A DNA stretch of 60,387 bases, taken from a virus (taxonomy: Duplodnaviria > Caudoviricetes). Under the pieces are notes generated by a model, which saw only the letters and a list, made by a program, of their open reading frames with translations, was not told where the DNA came from and did not search any database. Below, one piece after another: positions 18,071 through 27,743 of the stretch. A program made the position numbers and the translations under genes. The stretch is from positions 1-60,387 of the IMG/VR virus record IMGVR_UViG_3300036987_000493; one strand, written 5' to 3'. Each line of letters starts with the position of its first letter. Positions within the stretch are counted from its first letter, which is position 1.

Positions 18071-19302
18071 TCACCCTTTCCGGCCGGCCACATATCAGCC
18101 TCTTGTAGTTCAGCTTTTGTGTGCGGCCTGGCAAACCATTGAACCTCATCAAAAGATTTTGCATCAAAAGCACAAAGGTAACTCAGCAATTCTGTTAAAT
18201 CGGTCTGCAACTCCATTCCCTCTACTTCTACCGGCCACCAATTTGGAGCCGAAAGGCCGCCAAGATAATTCCAATCAGGATAGGCACCAAGGGTAGCGGC
18301 TATTTCTTCTTCCATCCCTTCTCTATAAATTCCTGCTTTAACACAAAGTCTTGTAATATTATAGGTATGAGTTATAGTAGTAACAGTTCCAACGAACTCA
18401 TCAAATCCGTCATAAACATATCCAATAGTTTTAGAATAAGATTCTCTAAATTTGCCATATATAGCGTAAAGAATCGGGCCAATTTTTATTGTCCATACGG
18501 CTATTTTGGTTAATAAAGCATTTCCGGTGTCCCAATATAAATACCAGTTGCCTTCGGCATAAACGTCCCCTTCCGTATAGACATGGGTTCCCCAGGGGGC
18601 ATCAGGGTCTATTGGGATCGGTCCACCTGTTACCCAAGTACCTTCTGGACTCACTGTTTGTTGTAAACCTGTCGTTTCTTCTGGACCATCGTAACGATCT
18701 GCCTCCAAAAGTAACCCCAGGTCTAAGCCGTCCGGTCCCTTTTCTCCCTCATCATGAAAGTCAGCCTTGTTCATTCTGACAAAAGCATCGGGCCAATTTG
18801 CTCCTATTCTGGATGGATAATCCGGATGCTGCCAATCCTCGAAATCCCAAGGGGTATGAAGGGACTGAGTTTCTAACTTTACAACGTCTTCCCCCACCCG
18901 CGGCACCCCGTCGGTAAACCCCACTACGCCGACGGGGACTCCAGCCTGGAGCATGACTGCAACTTCATCGCCAACACGAAAACTCATCCAGGCACGGTTG
19001 AAGCATCCCTTTTCTTCATCGAGACCTTGGGCGAGGTCTTCTGCATCTTCCCCGTCCCAATAAAGTTCCTTGGGATGAAAGAAAAAGGGGATAAATTCCG
19101 ATTCTCCAACCCCTTCTATTTCTACCTTCACCAAGTCTAACCGAATAGGGTCATCCTGAATTTGTTGAAAATCCGTGATGACCCCCTTAGCAAAGGTGGT
19201 TTTTCTTACATCGGCAACATCAGGATGGTCCAGGCGCCGAGAATCGGGATACTTCTCGAAGACCTCCATCAAGGTGCCTGGGAAGATGATCGCGTCAGCC
19301 AT
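18067..19302 (-). CDS. Hypothetical tail protein with AT-rich variable C-terminal half
   Basis: 411 aa, stop/start overlaps with both neighbours. Confidence 0.65.
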   Translation of the reverse strand: MADAIIFPGTLMEVFEKYPDSRRLDHPDVADVRKTTFAKGVITDFQQIQDDPIRLDLVKVEIEGVGESEFIPFFFHPKELYWDGEDAEDLAQGLDEEKGCFNRAWMSFRVGDEVAVMLQAGVPVGVVGFTDGVPRVGEDVVKLETQSLHTPWDFEDWQHPDYPSRIGANWPDAFVRMNKADFHDEGEKGPDGLDLGLLLEADRYDGPEETTGLQQTVSPEGTWVTGGPIPIDPDAPWGTHVYTEGDVYAEGNWYLYWDTGNALLTKIAVWTIKIGPILYAIYGKFRESYSKTIGYVYDGFDEFVGTVTTITHTYNITRLCVKAGIYREGMEEEIAATLGAYPDWNYLGGLSAPNWWPVEVEGMELQTDLTELLSYLCAFDAKSFDEVQWFARPHTKAELQEADMWPAGKGE

Positions 19303-20267
19303 TAGGTCCCGGTAGCCAGAGCCATTTTCAGGTCGAAGGTGATGACCTGCCCTTCCAGCGTGATGGCGATGCCGGTTGCATAAGGCCAGACTGCCTTGAT
19401 CTTCTTGTGAGCATCGGCAGTGACACCGGTATCGGTTTTGGCATAGGCCACTGTCGCCAGGGTAGCGATTTCCACGGTGAGAGCGTCGTTGCCGCCACCG
19501 TTGAGCTTCACCGTAGCTTTGCCGGCGCCCACGGTGTAATCCCTGCCGCCGTAGCCGGGGTTTACGCCGATGGTGGCGACGCCGCTGTTATCGCCGCCTA
19601 CCAGGGTGAGAACGAAGCCAACGCCCTCTCTGCCGCCCGTGGTGATCTTGAAGGTATCGCCCACGGAGTAAACGTCGCCGGCCGCCGTCGGAGCCGCCAC
19701 CAGGGTCGCAATCTCACCTTTGACCCAGATGTTTTCGCCGTCTGTGAACGTGCCGGTCTTGGTCTTGATATTCATGTAGCCGCGAGCCGTGCCGGCCGCC
19801 CAGGTACCGGATTGAACGCAGACGCTGGTAACGATACCCTCGCCTCCGTTGGTGGATTTGACGGTTGCGCCCAGGGGGATCTCCCGGGAGCCTTCCTTGA
19901 AGGGCAGCACCCAGGTATAGGCGAAGACGCCGAAGACCGTGTTGGCGTCGGCCAGATCGGCGGCGTTGAGGACCCATGACAGGGGGGCGTTATGGTAAGC
20001 CCCCTCACCCTTCCCCAAGGCGTTCGTGTACATGAACCACTTGCTGGCCGCCAAGGCAGCTTCCGTAAGGTCATTGGTCAATTCTTTCTGGGCGTAAGCC
20101 CGGCCGCCACCGGTGGGCATTTCGTTCAGGGTTGCCACGACCGTGTTCCCATCGGGGATGATAGCGGTTTTGTAGAGGCCCAGGACCAGGGCTTCGGTCA
20201 GGAGAATGGCTTTCAATGCCTCCATTTCCCCCACATTTGGCACGTACACACTCAGATTCGTAGCCAT
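19302..20267 (-). CDS. Virion structural / tail protein
   Basis: 321 aa, G/T/A-rich, GC3-rich codons, GGAG RBS. Confidence 0.65.
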   Translation of the reverse strand: MATNLSVYVPNVGEMEALKAILLTEALVLGLYKTAIIPDGNTVVATLNEMPTGGGRAYAQKELTNDLTEAALAASKWFMYTNALGKGEGAYHNAPLSWVLNAADLADANTVFGVFAYTWVLPFKEGSREIPLGATVKSTNGGEGIVTSVCVQSGTWAAGTARGYMNIKTKTGTFTDGENIWVKGEIATLVAAPTAAGDVYSVGDTFKITTGGREGVGFVLTLVGGDNSGVATIGVNPGYGGRDYTVGAGKATVKLNGGGNDALTVEIATLATVAYAKTDTGVTADAHKKIKAVWPYATGIAITLEGQVITFDLKMALATGT

Positions 20268-20280
20268 AATAGCCTTCTCC

Positions 20281-20691
20281 TTATAACTGGATTATTGTCG
20301 GGGCCCCAATGGCCTCCTGACTTGAAATCCCTATGGGAACCAGGGTGAAATCGCTGGGTGATATGGCTGGCTCAATCTCCAGGTCAAATCGCAGCTTGCC
20401 AACAGGTGACGGAGATCCCGCCCTTACAATCCGGAGTTCGGCTGCATATGTCCAGGGTTCTTGCCAGGTATCGGAAGTTGTTAAAAACACAGTCAGGTAG
20501 CCGCTCGCTTCCCCAGCCTTATTAAAGTCGGCGTCGGCTTTGGTGAAAATGGGATAAACATCTTCGGGGGACCGCTTCGCCCAAAGCGTACAGGTGGCCC
20601 CTGTCAAATCAAGCCATGCCCCCGTTACCTTGTCTTTGATACGGAATGGCAGGCTCTTGGCCTCGCCCTGATAAAGTGACACTTTAGCCAT
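20281..20691 (-). CDS. BppU-like baseplate/tail protein
   Basis: 136 aa; YQGEAKSLPF...DLTGAT...YAAELRI pattern resembles BppU N-terminal-like domains. Confidence 0.5.
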   Translation of the reverse strand: MAKVSLYQGEAKSLPFRIKDKVTGAWLDLTGATCTLWAKRSPEDVYPIFTKADADFNKAGEASGYLTVFLTTSDTWQEPWTYAAELRIVRAGSPSPVGKLRFDLEIEPAISPSDFTLVPIGISSQEAIGAPTIIQL

Positions 20692-21958
20692 TGACCACCA
20701 TCCTTAAGGGAGAGTCAAAAAGGTCGACTTCTTCCAGCCCATCGGAAAGCTCTACGGGGTCCAGCATTGTCATTTCAAGCCTAGTTTCTTCCGGCCCGTC
20801 AGCAAGGCTCAGGGTCGGCAGGCCGATAAATTCGAGCACGATCAAGCCCTGCAACTCGGGGAGCCGGACCAGCGCCTGGCCGAAAGCCTCTCCACTCTCA
20901 AACCCCAATGGGCGGATGGTTACCTGGCCGCAGTGAAGAACCGGAGTGCCGACGGCCCCGCCAGAGGGTATCCCGCCTGCATGGATAATCTGATTTATCT
21001 GCGGGACTCCGACGTCTGACTCTTCTGATTCGATCCCGATGGGCTTTAAGAACAGGGTAATCCTGGGGGTTCCAAAGGCTTCTTCTGATTCCACCCCAAC
21101 AGGCTTTACTATCGGGTTCACCTTGGCGGTCCCAAATTCCTCCGCCGAAGGAATCCCCGCCGCACGGATTATCTGCGTGAGGGCCGGAGTACCAACGGCT
21201 TCCTCTGACGGGATCCCGGTTGGAATAACCTTTAAGGTAATCTTGGGGGTTCCAAAGGCCTCCTGGCTTCCTATCCCGGCCGGGGCCAGCGTGACCGGCC
21301 CGGTAGTGATCTCCGCGGTACCGAATTCTTCTGCCGACTCGATCCCCGTCGGCAAGAGGAAAGTCTTGAGCCGGGGGGTTCCAAGATCCTCCACCGACTC
21401 GATTCCCGTCGGGGAAATCGTCACCGGGCCCGGGAGGACTGCCGGTGTGCCTACTGCTTCTTCTGACTCGATTCCGGTGGGGATAATCTGAGGGATAACG
21501 TGGGCGACGCCAAAAGCCTCACCTGAGGCGATACCCGTCGGCTCTACCATTACCGGGCCAGGCGCCAGGACCGCAACGCCAAAGGCTTCCCCGCTCGCAA
21601 TGCCAGAGGGCAAGATATGGGCGGTACCCGGGGTGACGACAGGATCACCGACAGCTTCTTCGGATCCGATGCTGATGGGGGCGATCTTTTGGATCAGGCT
21701 GAGGGTCCCGAAGGCTTCGGCCGAATCAATCGAGCTTGGCGATACCGTCACCGAGCCGCAAGTTACCGCCGGAGTGCCAAAGGATTCCTCTGACTCTATG
21801 CTGGACGGTTGGAGGACGGGAAACGACGTAGGGAGTAGAGCCTGGCTGGGGCGGCCGTTGCGCCAAAATTTTTCACCCCAATCGTTAGCAAGCCGCATTT
21901 CCTCAAACGGCAGGCCTTTAAACCAATATTTTTCCCCCATGTCGTTTACGGCGCTCAT
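20684..21958 (-). CDS. Tail fibre-like repeat protein
   Basis: About 15 repeats of P-x-G-I-x-S-x-E-A-F-G-T-P; ATGA overlap with the upstream gene supports a start at 21958. Confidence 0.7.
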   Translation of the reverse strand: MSAVNDMGEKYWFKGLPFEEMRLANDWGEKFWRNGRPSQALLPTSFPVLQPSSIESEESFGTPAVTCGSVTVSPSSIDSAEAFGTLSLIQKIAPISIGSEEAVGDPVVTPGTAHILPSGIASGEAFGVAVLAPGPVMVEPTGIASGEAFGVAHVIPQIIPTGIESEEAVGTPAVLPGPVTISPTGIESVEDLGTPRLKTFLLPTGIESAEEFGTAEITTGPVTLAPAGIGSQEAFGTPKITLKVIPTGIPSEEAVGTPALTQIIRAAGIPSAEEFGTAKVNPIVKPVGVESEEAFGTPRITLFLKPIGIESEESDVGVPQINQIIHAGGIPSGGAVGTPVLHCGQVTIRPLGFESGEAFGQALVRLPELQGLIVLEFIGLPTLSLADGPEETRLEMTMLDPVELSDGLEEVDLFDSPLRMVVNG

Positions 21959-24588
21959 GTCAATCCCCAATCATCCACGTTGACAAATCCCACGTCACCA
22001 TCCACGTCAACATAGACCTCCAGGATTCCATCAGCATCAATGGCCGGAGTTACGCCAGAGAGCTCTTCCCAAGTGCCCACCGCCGCCGTCATCGTGTCCA
22101 GAACCTGATCGGTTTCGATGCCCATCATGGGGTTCGCCTTACAGATGAGCCGGGGTTCTGCCCCATCGTAGTCGGCCCCACCAGCCCCTAGGCTCGATTT
22201 TCTGACGTTTACCTTAACCGTGGCCGTTGACCCGCTCTCTATGGCAAAACGCTTGAAGCCTGATTTCAGCTTGCGGTCATGGCTGCTGGGAGTAAGCCTT
22301 TGCGAAGGAGCCGCGGTGTTGAAATAGGTGCTGTCCTTCTCGATGATCCCATTCATAAAGTAGGACTTGAAAGCCCGGGAAACCTGGCCGTGGTCGCTGC
22401 TGCGCACATAAGATTCGGGAGTGCTGAGCCCAACAGCCTCTTTGCCGTCGCCACTTGCGAGCTTGGTGTTCTCCAGATCAATGTAAACTGGCTGATTAAC
22501 CGGCGAATAGAGGTCGGCTGTAGAGTGGGCTACCATGAACCCGGTAGCATAGCCAAAAACGGAATCCACAAACTTGAGTTTGGCAACTACGGTGGCCATG
22601 GCCAGGCCATAGAGAGTGGCAAACCCCAGGTCGCCAGCGCCATCAAAGCCAGTAAACGTGAGCTCTGCACCAGAAACATACAGGTTGGCGCTGTAGTTAC
22701 CGAAGGCTACCAGGGTTCCAATCGCCAAGTTGAAGCAGTTTAGCAGTTCAAAGCCGGAGGTCGGGGCCGTGTAACCGCGGTTGCGGTAGCACACCTGGCC
22801 GTCCCCAATCGCCCCCTGGAGGGTATTAAAGCTGAAACCTTGCTCATAATTGGAGTGGGCCTTGTTGTTATTAAAGGTTCCGAGCACAGCGCCGGCTTCG
22901 GTTATATAAAATCCGTTCGATTTGCACCCGGCCATGATGTTGTTAATAACGGTGATACCGGCATCCGCAGAGTAGATGCCATAAGCCCCGGCGTTATAGA
23001 CCCACCAGTTGCCATCAATTACGATTGAGGTCCCGGCGCTGGTCACGGCAACTGATATGCTGTTGCCGGTATATGAGGGGGCATTACAGCCCACGTTGTC
23101 TTTTAGCGTTACGTTATCGGCAGAGGCAAAGCTGACATTAAAAGGAGTCCCCCTGCAATCCTTAACCGCACATCGTCTAATATCAACTGATCCGGTGGTA
23201 GTTTTTATAATAGACGTTGAACCGAACCCCGAGAGCAACACCCAATCCATATCGACCGTTGCTTTGGAGGCGAGGCTCCAGTAAAAGCCATAGGAAGCGT
23301 TGTTGCACTTCCAGATGACATTCCGGGTGAGATTGACTATTTCCGCCTTCATTGGCGTCTGGGCGTCGTGCACATAGAGGAGGGCAGAGGGCAGGGTAAG
23401 GGTCGTCCCCGAGGCATCCGCCCCAAGCGTTCTGCGCTCATAATGTGTGTAGGTTTGGTCGGTCGGGGAAATCGCAATATCGTCACCATTTAACCATCCG
23501 GTTTCCACATCGGTTGTTATTGCGGTGACGTTGTTCAAGAGATAATAGGCGCCAACCAAGGCCGCCGAACTTTTGGTAAGTTGAAGCGATTCCCCGCCGT
23601 CCACGGTGGCCGTTCTTATGACGGTGGCGGTCCCATTAAGTAAAATGGTGGCGCCCACGGTGTAACCATTGGCCTCGGTCAAAAGTTGGCCGTAGCGCCT
23701 GGTCATCATCGGGTTTGTGCCGGTGGGAATATCGCAATAACCGCCCATTTCAGCGTTGAGCAGGGCCCGGTCATAGGTAAGGGGATTCCCTTGGGAGATC
23801 AGGGTCCCGCCGCTGCGGACGGAGAAATAATATCCATTGTCAGCCGCAGCGTTGAACTGCAGGGTGTGAGTATAGGCTGCCCCGATGGGATGCGCCACGG
23901 TGCCCTGCTGATATTTGCCCCCCGCCGTAATAATGAAATGCCCACCCATGACAAGCTGAGTGGTGGCGGTGTATAAAACGTCCAGGATGCCCCGGTTTCC
24001 AACCCAGAGGGCGCCGTAGGCATCGGCCACGTTGTTGTCGTAGGTGATGGTTATGTCGTTCCCGGTCCCTTGACCGGTAATCTCGCCCAAGACCCAAATT
24101 GAATCAGCCGCCTGGGGCGCTGCCGTGGCCGTGCGGCGAAGCATGCGGTTGAAGTCGTTGGCGGTAGAGCTCTTGTAGCCGTAAATCTGGGTGCCGTTCT
24201 GGGCCTGGATGCCAATGGCGAAGTTCTTCCCGGTGGTTAGCGTGACCGGAGAGGCAAATTTGAAAAACACCCAGAAGCCGCCATCAGCTGAGATTGGTTC
24301 TGCCGGAAGATCGGCTACGTCAAAGGTGATCGGCCCGGCTGCATCCGAGTTGTCCGTGGTGTTGCGCAGGACCACCTTGCCCCAGCCGTTCGGGGAGGCG
24401 CTGCGATATTCAAAGTACATCGCAACGCCGTCAACCTCCAGGTTGTCACCGGCGAAGTTCGGCCCATAGGACATAGAAGTGGGCCACACGGTAGATGTAG
24501 ACCCGGTGTTCTGCAGCGAACCGGAATGAATCAGGCCCCAGGAGCCGGCCGTATTCCAGTTGCCCCCTATGGAAAGGAGATTTGCCAA
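21955..24588 (-). CDS. Tail spike / receptor-binding protein with probable right-handed beta-helix
   Basis: 877 aa; Asn/Gly-ladder repeats (TLKDNVG, VIDGNW, VINNIM, FNNNKAHSN); TTG start after a GGGGG RBS. Confidence 0.65.
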   Translation of the reverse strand: MANLLSIGGNWNTAGSWGLIHSGSLQNTGSTSTVWPTSMSYGPNFAGDNLEVDGVAMYFEYRSASPNGWGKVVLRNTTDNSDAAGPITFDVADLPAEPISADGGFWVFFKFASPVTLTTGKNFAIGIQAQNGTQIYGYKSSTANDFNRMLRRTATAAPQAADSIWVLGEITGQGTGNDITITYDNNVADAYGALWVGNRGILDVLYTATTQLVMGGHFIITAGGKYQQGTVAHPIGAAYTHTLQFNAAADNGYYFSVRSGGTLISQGNPLTYDRALLNAEMGGYCDIPTGTNPMMTRRYGQLLTEANGYTVGATILLNGTATVIRTATVDGGESLQLTKSSAALVGAYYLLNNVTAITTDVETGWLNGDDIAISPTDQTYTHYERRTLGADASGTTLTLPSALLYVHDAQTPMKAEIVNLTRNVIWKCNNASYGFYWSLASKATVDMDWVLLSGFGSTSIIKTTTGSVDIRRCAVKDCRGTPFNVSFASADNVTLKDNVGCNAPSYTGNSISVAVTSAGTSIVIDGNWWVYNAGAYGIYSADAGITVINNIMAGCKSNGFYITEAGAVLGTFNNNKAHSNYEQGFSFNTLQGAIGDGQVCYRNRGYTAPTSGFELLNCFNLAIGTLVAFGNYSANLYVSGAELTFTGFDGAGDLGFATLYGLAMATVVAKLKFVDSVFGYATGFMVAHSTADLYSPVNQPVYIDLENTKLASGDGKEAVGLSTPESYVRSSDHGQVSRAFKSYFMNGIIEKDSTYFNTAAPSQRLTPSSHDRKLKSGFKRFAIESGSTATVKVNVRKSSLGAGGADYDGAEPRLICKANPMMGIETDQVLDTMTAAVGTWEELSGVTPAIDADGILEVYVDVDGDVGFVNVDDWGLT

Positions 24589-24597
24589 GGCGCCCCC

Positions 24598-25017
24598 TTA
24601 CAGCTTGAAGATCTTGTTCGCTCCGGAGTCCCAAGCGATCTGAATGTCGCCGGAGTTGGGCGTCACCGGCAGGCCGGTAGCGGTGTCGATGAAGGCGATG
24701 AGGGGCGAGTCAGCGGCCTCAGTCACCCACTTGACTATAACGATGGCCTCAGACACGGCGCCGGATACGGCCAAGAAGGTTACGTCCGGCGCATCGGCCA
24801 CGCCTCCGGACGGGTCAGCCGGGGCCAGGGCGATGTAGGAAATCAAGGCGGCGCCGGGGATGGCGCTCAGAAACTCGTCATTAACCAGGTCCGGGGTGTA
24901 GCCGGTCCCGCCCTCCAGATCCACCAGGTAAGCCCGGAAGGTGTCGCCCCCGGACTTCCACGAAATATCACCCCGAAGGAACCCATTTCTTGCTTTGGCG
25001 TAAACAGCGTTAGCCAC
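24598..25017 (-). CDS. Conserved small virion/tail protein
   Basis: 139 aa, MANAVYAKARNGFL...GLPVTPNSGDIQIAW, recognisable phage structural family; AGGAG RBS. Confidence 0.65.
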   Translation of the reverse strand: MANAVYAKARNGFLRGDISWKSGGDTFRAYLVDLEGGTGYTPDLVNDEFLSAIPGAALISYIALAPADPSGGVADAPDVTFLAVSGAVSEAIVIVKWVTEAADSPLIAFIDTATGLPVTPNSGDIQIAWDSGANKIFKL

Positions 25018-25028
25018 GGCCTTTCTCC

Positions 25029-26273
25029 TTAATCAAAGAGTTTTCCGCTTTCAAAGACGGATGAATCAATCGGTTCCTCGTCCAGAAGCTGGCCACGCAG
25101 AACCGTGACGATCTGGGGAACACCTTTTTTTACCCGGAACAGGCTTCCCCCCTGTTCTCGGACTGACATTCTTAGCCGGCTTGCTGTCAGGTGGACCAGG
25201 TGCCCAGTCTGGGTGCCGATGACGTAGCCATGCTGGCCGATCCAAACCGGAGAAGGCAGTTGCGAGAGGCGCCGGCTCATTTCGTAGCCACCGCCGACCA
25301 CAGCACCGGGCATTTCGGCGTAAACCAGGGTCCCGGGAACAGCCCCGTCCCCGATCCGCTTCAAGACCATTTTGGCGGGCTCGGTCCCATCCAGAAACCA
25401 AGTGGACGCCTTGGAACTTACGAAAAGCCCGTCAGTCACCGGAGCCACCATGATGATGTCTTCCGCAAAAGGCTTAAAGCTCTGGGGCCGGAACCACTCA
25501 TACATAAAGGGGTCAGAGTAAATCAGGTTCTTTCCCTTGCACCCCCACATACGCCCGTGGGCATGGGCGAAATGGCTCATGCCAGAGGGCGGCGACACGG
25601 CGAAAGTTGGGAGCGGGGTGATCCTGGGGGGCCCGTACAGGACCCCTCCCGATACGTTGGCCAAGAAGAAGTCGGTGCCATTGGGGTGAGTGACCCAGCA
25701 TTGGCCGCTGGTGGGAAGGTTACTCAGTTGGATCCCATGAGTCCCACCCTCCCAAGACACCGTGGTCATCGGTCCGTTGCCGCTCAGGCGGTCCCCATCG
25801 GTACGCGTGTAGCATAAGCTGTACGTCCCCGGGGGCATATCGCCGGCCACGAGGCTGATACTCGGGGCAGGAGGAAGGGATAGGCCCCAAGACCTTAACT
25901 GGCCACTCAGAAGCTCATAGACGGCCTCCCAGGACGGGGTGCCCATATAGATCAGGTTATCGAGTTCGGCGTAACAGACGGTAGACTGGAGGCCTGGCAC
26001 GGTCCCAATGGGCATAACTGTATTGCCCTCAACCCGATAGAGGATCCCGGCCGCCACTACCAGCATGACGCTTCCAACCCAGAGAGAGTGCGCGCCAGGC
26101 AGAGGAATGTGGAGCGCATACCCCTGACGCCGGACAAGTTTACCACCATCCCGGACCTCCACGTTCAGAGCGACCCGAGGCGTAATCCGCTTGGCGTCGT
26201 CCAGAAGGATACCCGGGGCCTGCTCCAGATTGTTCATGCCTCTGAATCCGATGGCGGTTATTGTTTTCGACAT
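25029..26273 (-). CDS. Tail nozzle / stabilisation protein
   Basis: 414 aa, FRGMNN...NVEV...RRQGY N-terminus; follows the adaptor gene. Confidence 0.6.
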   Translation of the reverse strand: MSKTITAIGFRGMNNLEQAPGILLDDAKRITPRVALNVEVRDGGKLVRRQGYALHIPLPGAHSLWVGSVMLVVAAGILYRVEGNTVMPIGTVPGLQSTVCYAELDNLIYMGTPSWEAVYELLSGQLRSWGLSLPPAPSISLVAGDMPPGTYSLCYTRTDGDRLSGNGPMTTVSWEGGTHGIQLSNLPTSGQCWVTHPNGTDFFLANVSGGVLYGPPRITPLPTFAVSPPSGMSHFAHAHGRMWGCKGKNLIYSDPFMYEWFRPQSFKPFAEDIIMVAPVTDGLFVSSKASTWFLDGTEPAKMVLKRIGDGAVPGTLVYAEMPGAVVGGGYEMSRRLSQLPSPVWIGQHGYVIGTQTGHLVHLTASRLRMSVREQGGSLFRVKKGVPQIVTVLRGQLLDEEPIDSSVFESGKLFD

Positions 26274-26284
26274 TTACCTTTTCC

Positions 26285-26944
26285 CTACATGATCGGATCA
26301 CGCCCACCGTGGCGCCGGGGCGGGTTCTCTCTGGCCAAAAAGTTGATCATCCCTATGTCTCCATAAGGTTCACCATAAAGCCCCTTCTGATATTCCTTTT
26401 GCCAGAACATGATGCTTTGGTGAGGGGCCTCTATTACCATGTCCTGCAGGACCCGGAAGTTCTTGACCACCACCTTGGAGATGATCACCCGAGAATGGAA
26501 AGCCGTGGGAATGTAGGTCGGGATGCTATCAGGGGCATTTAAGGGCGTCGGCAACTTATAGAACCAGAGCTTGATGCTCTCGGTCGCCTTGGGGTAAATA
26601 CCGATCTTCTGATCCCGTACCGCCAGGTGAGTTACATGGTCCCCGGTGTCAGCGTGTTCAAGATCGCGGTCGTCCAGATAGTACAGATCGGGGAGAATGT
26701 TAATCGAGGCATACACGCTGTCGGCGGCCCGGAACAACTTCTTCTGATAGGTGGCCGGAACATCATAAAGCCAGGTGGCAGTGGTGACGGGGAGAATGGC
26801 CGGCTCGTTAAGCCGAAGGGCAGGAAGGGCGTGATCTGCGGCGATCTCTAAAATCGCCTCGTTGATCCAGCGTTTGTAAAACTGTTCCAGGCTGGAATCA
26901 ACAACGATGGTCTTGATTTCATCCATGAGTTCAGCCAAATTCAT
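26285..26944 (-). CDS. Head-tail adaptor (podoviral gp11-like)
   Basis: 219 aa; WINEA...IGIYP...YKLPTPL...IPTAFH pattern typical of adaptors. Confidence 0.65.
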   Translation of the reverse strand: MNLAELMDEIKTIVVDSSLEQFYKRWINEAILEIAADHALPALRLNEPAILPVTTATWLYDVPATYQKKLFRAADSVYASINILPDLYYLDDRDLEHADTGDHVTHLAVRDQKIGIYPKATESIKLWFYKLPTPLNAPDSIPTYIPTAFHSRVIISKVVVKNFRVLQDMVIEAPHQSIMFWQKEYQKGLYGEPYGDIGMINFLARENPPRRHGGRDPIM

Positions 26945-26971
26945 CGCCGCTTCCCCTTAGAGGTTTCCACT

Positions 26972-27130
26972 TCATTGAGGTTCTGGACCTTTCCAGGCTG
27001 GCCTCTGGTTCATATCCGCTCCGCACCGGGGGCAAAAATTATGAGCGTCCCGGTAAATCCGCGGGTCTGGCCGAAATTGCAACCGACACCGCGGATTCGG
27101 ACAGATGCGGATGTACTCCGTCTCGGCCAT
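26972..27130 (-). CDS. Small zinc-ribbon protein (below the ORF-track cutoff)
   Basis: 52 aa, MAETEYIRICPNPRC...FCPRCGADM, fills the operon gap. Confidence 0.6.
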   Translation of the reverse strand: MAETEYIRICPNPRCRLQFRPDPRIYRDAHNFCPRCGADMNQRPAWKGPEPQ

Positions 27131-27133
27131 GGC

Positions 27134-27721
27134 TTACACCGTGATCTGGGCCGGAGCGGGGGCCGAAGGGGCCGGGGGCGCCGCATGTGCCGCCGCAGGT
27201 TTGCCTCTTTTGGCTCCCGGCTTCTTCATCCCGGATTTCTTCGGCGCAACCTTCTGGGCTACCCTTTGGGTCGCCGCCGCTTCCGCCTCCGTCCCTTTCT
27301 CCTTTTCACCGGCCTTCTGTACCTTGGCCTCAGCCGCCTTTCTGGCAGCCATCTTGATGGCCAGAGCCATCAGGGCGGCATCGAGCACCGGGCCCGGTTT
27401 GAGGCTCTGTACCAGGTCCGAGGGGCTTTCAACAGGGGTGCCGTCCTCAAAGACCGGGGTACCGTCAGCCTCGAACATGATGCGCTGGGGAGCCTGCTGA
27501 TCATCGTCGTGCCGGTGATCAAACCATTTTTCAGCCGCTGCCAGATCCTCATTGGTCAACACCGCCCGGAGTTCTCCCTTGGTCTTGATGGGCAGACCGG
27601 TGATGTGGACATAGGCCCCATTGGTCAACAGAGCAATGTGGTGCGGCCCGTCAACCCAGGACCGCTCCACATCAAGTTCGCCAAATTTCTTGGTAAAAAG
27701 TTTTTGAGCCATAAAAGTCAC
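27134..27721 (-). CDS. Hypothetical protein with Lys/Ala/Pro-rich tail
   Basis: 195 aa, AAGGA RBS. Confidence 0.65.
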   Translation of the reverse strand: MTFMAQKLFTKKFGELDVERSWVDGPHHIALLTNGAYVHITGLPIKTKGELRAVLTNEDLAAAEKWFDHRHDDDQQAPQRIMFEADGTPVFEDGTPVESPSDLVQSLKPGPVLDAALMALAIKMAARKAAEAKVQKAGEKEKGTEAEAAATQRVAQKVAPKKSGMKKPGAKRGKPAAAHAAPPAPSAPAPAQITV

Positions 27722-27743
27722 GTTCCTTTTTTTGGATTACGGC

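Noticed and set aside
20800-21810. Periodic DNA repeats resembling a CRISPR array
   Set aside because: Degenerate, codon-phased protein repeats inside a CDS
18067-24588. Possible diversity-generating retroelement or shufflon acting on tail genes
   Set aside because: No reverse transcriptase, no TR/VR pair and no inverted cassette repeats seen
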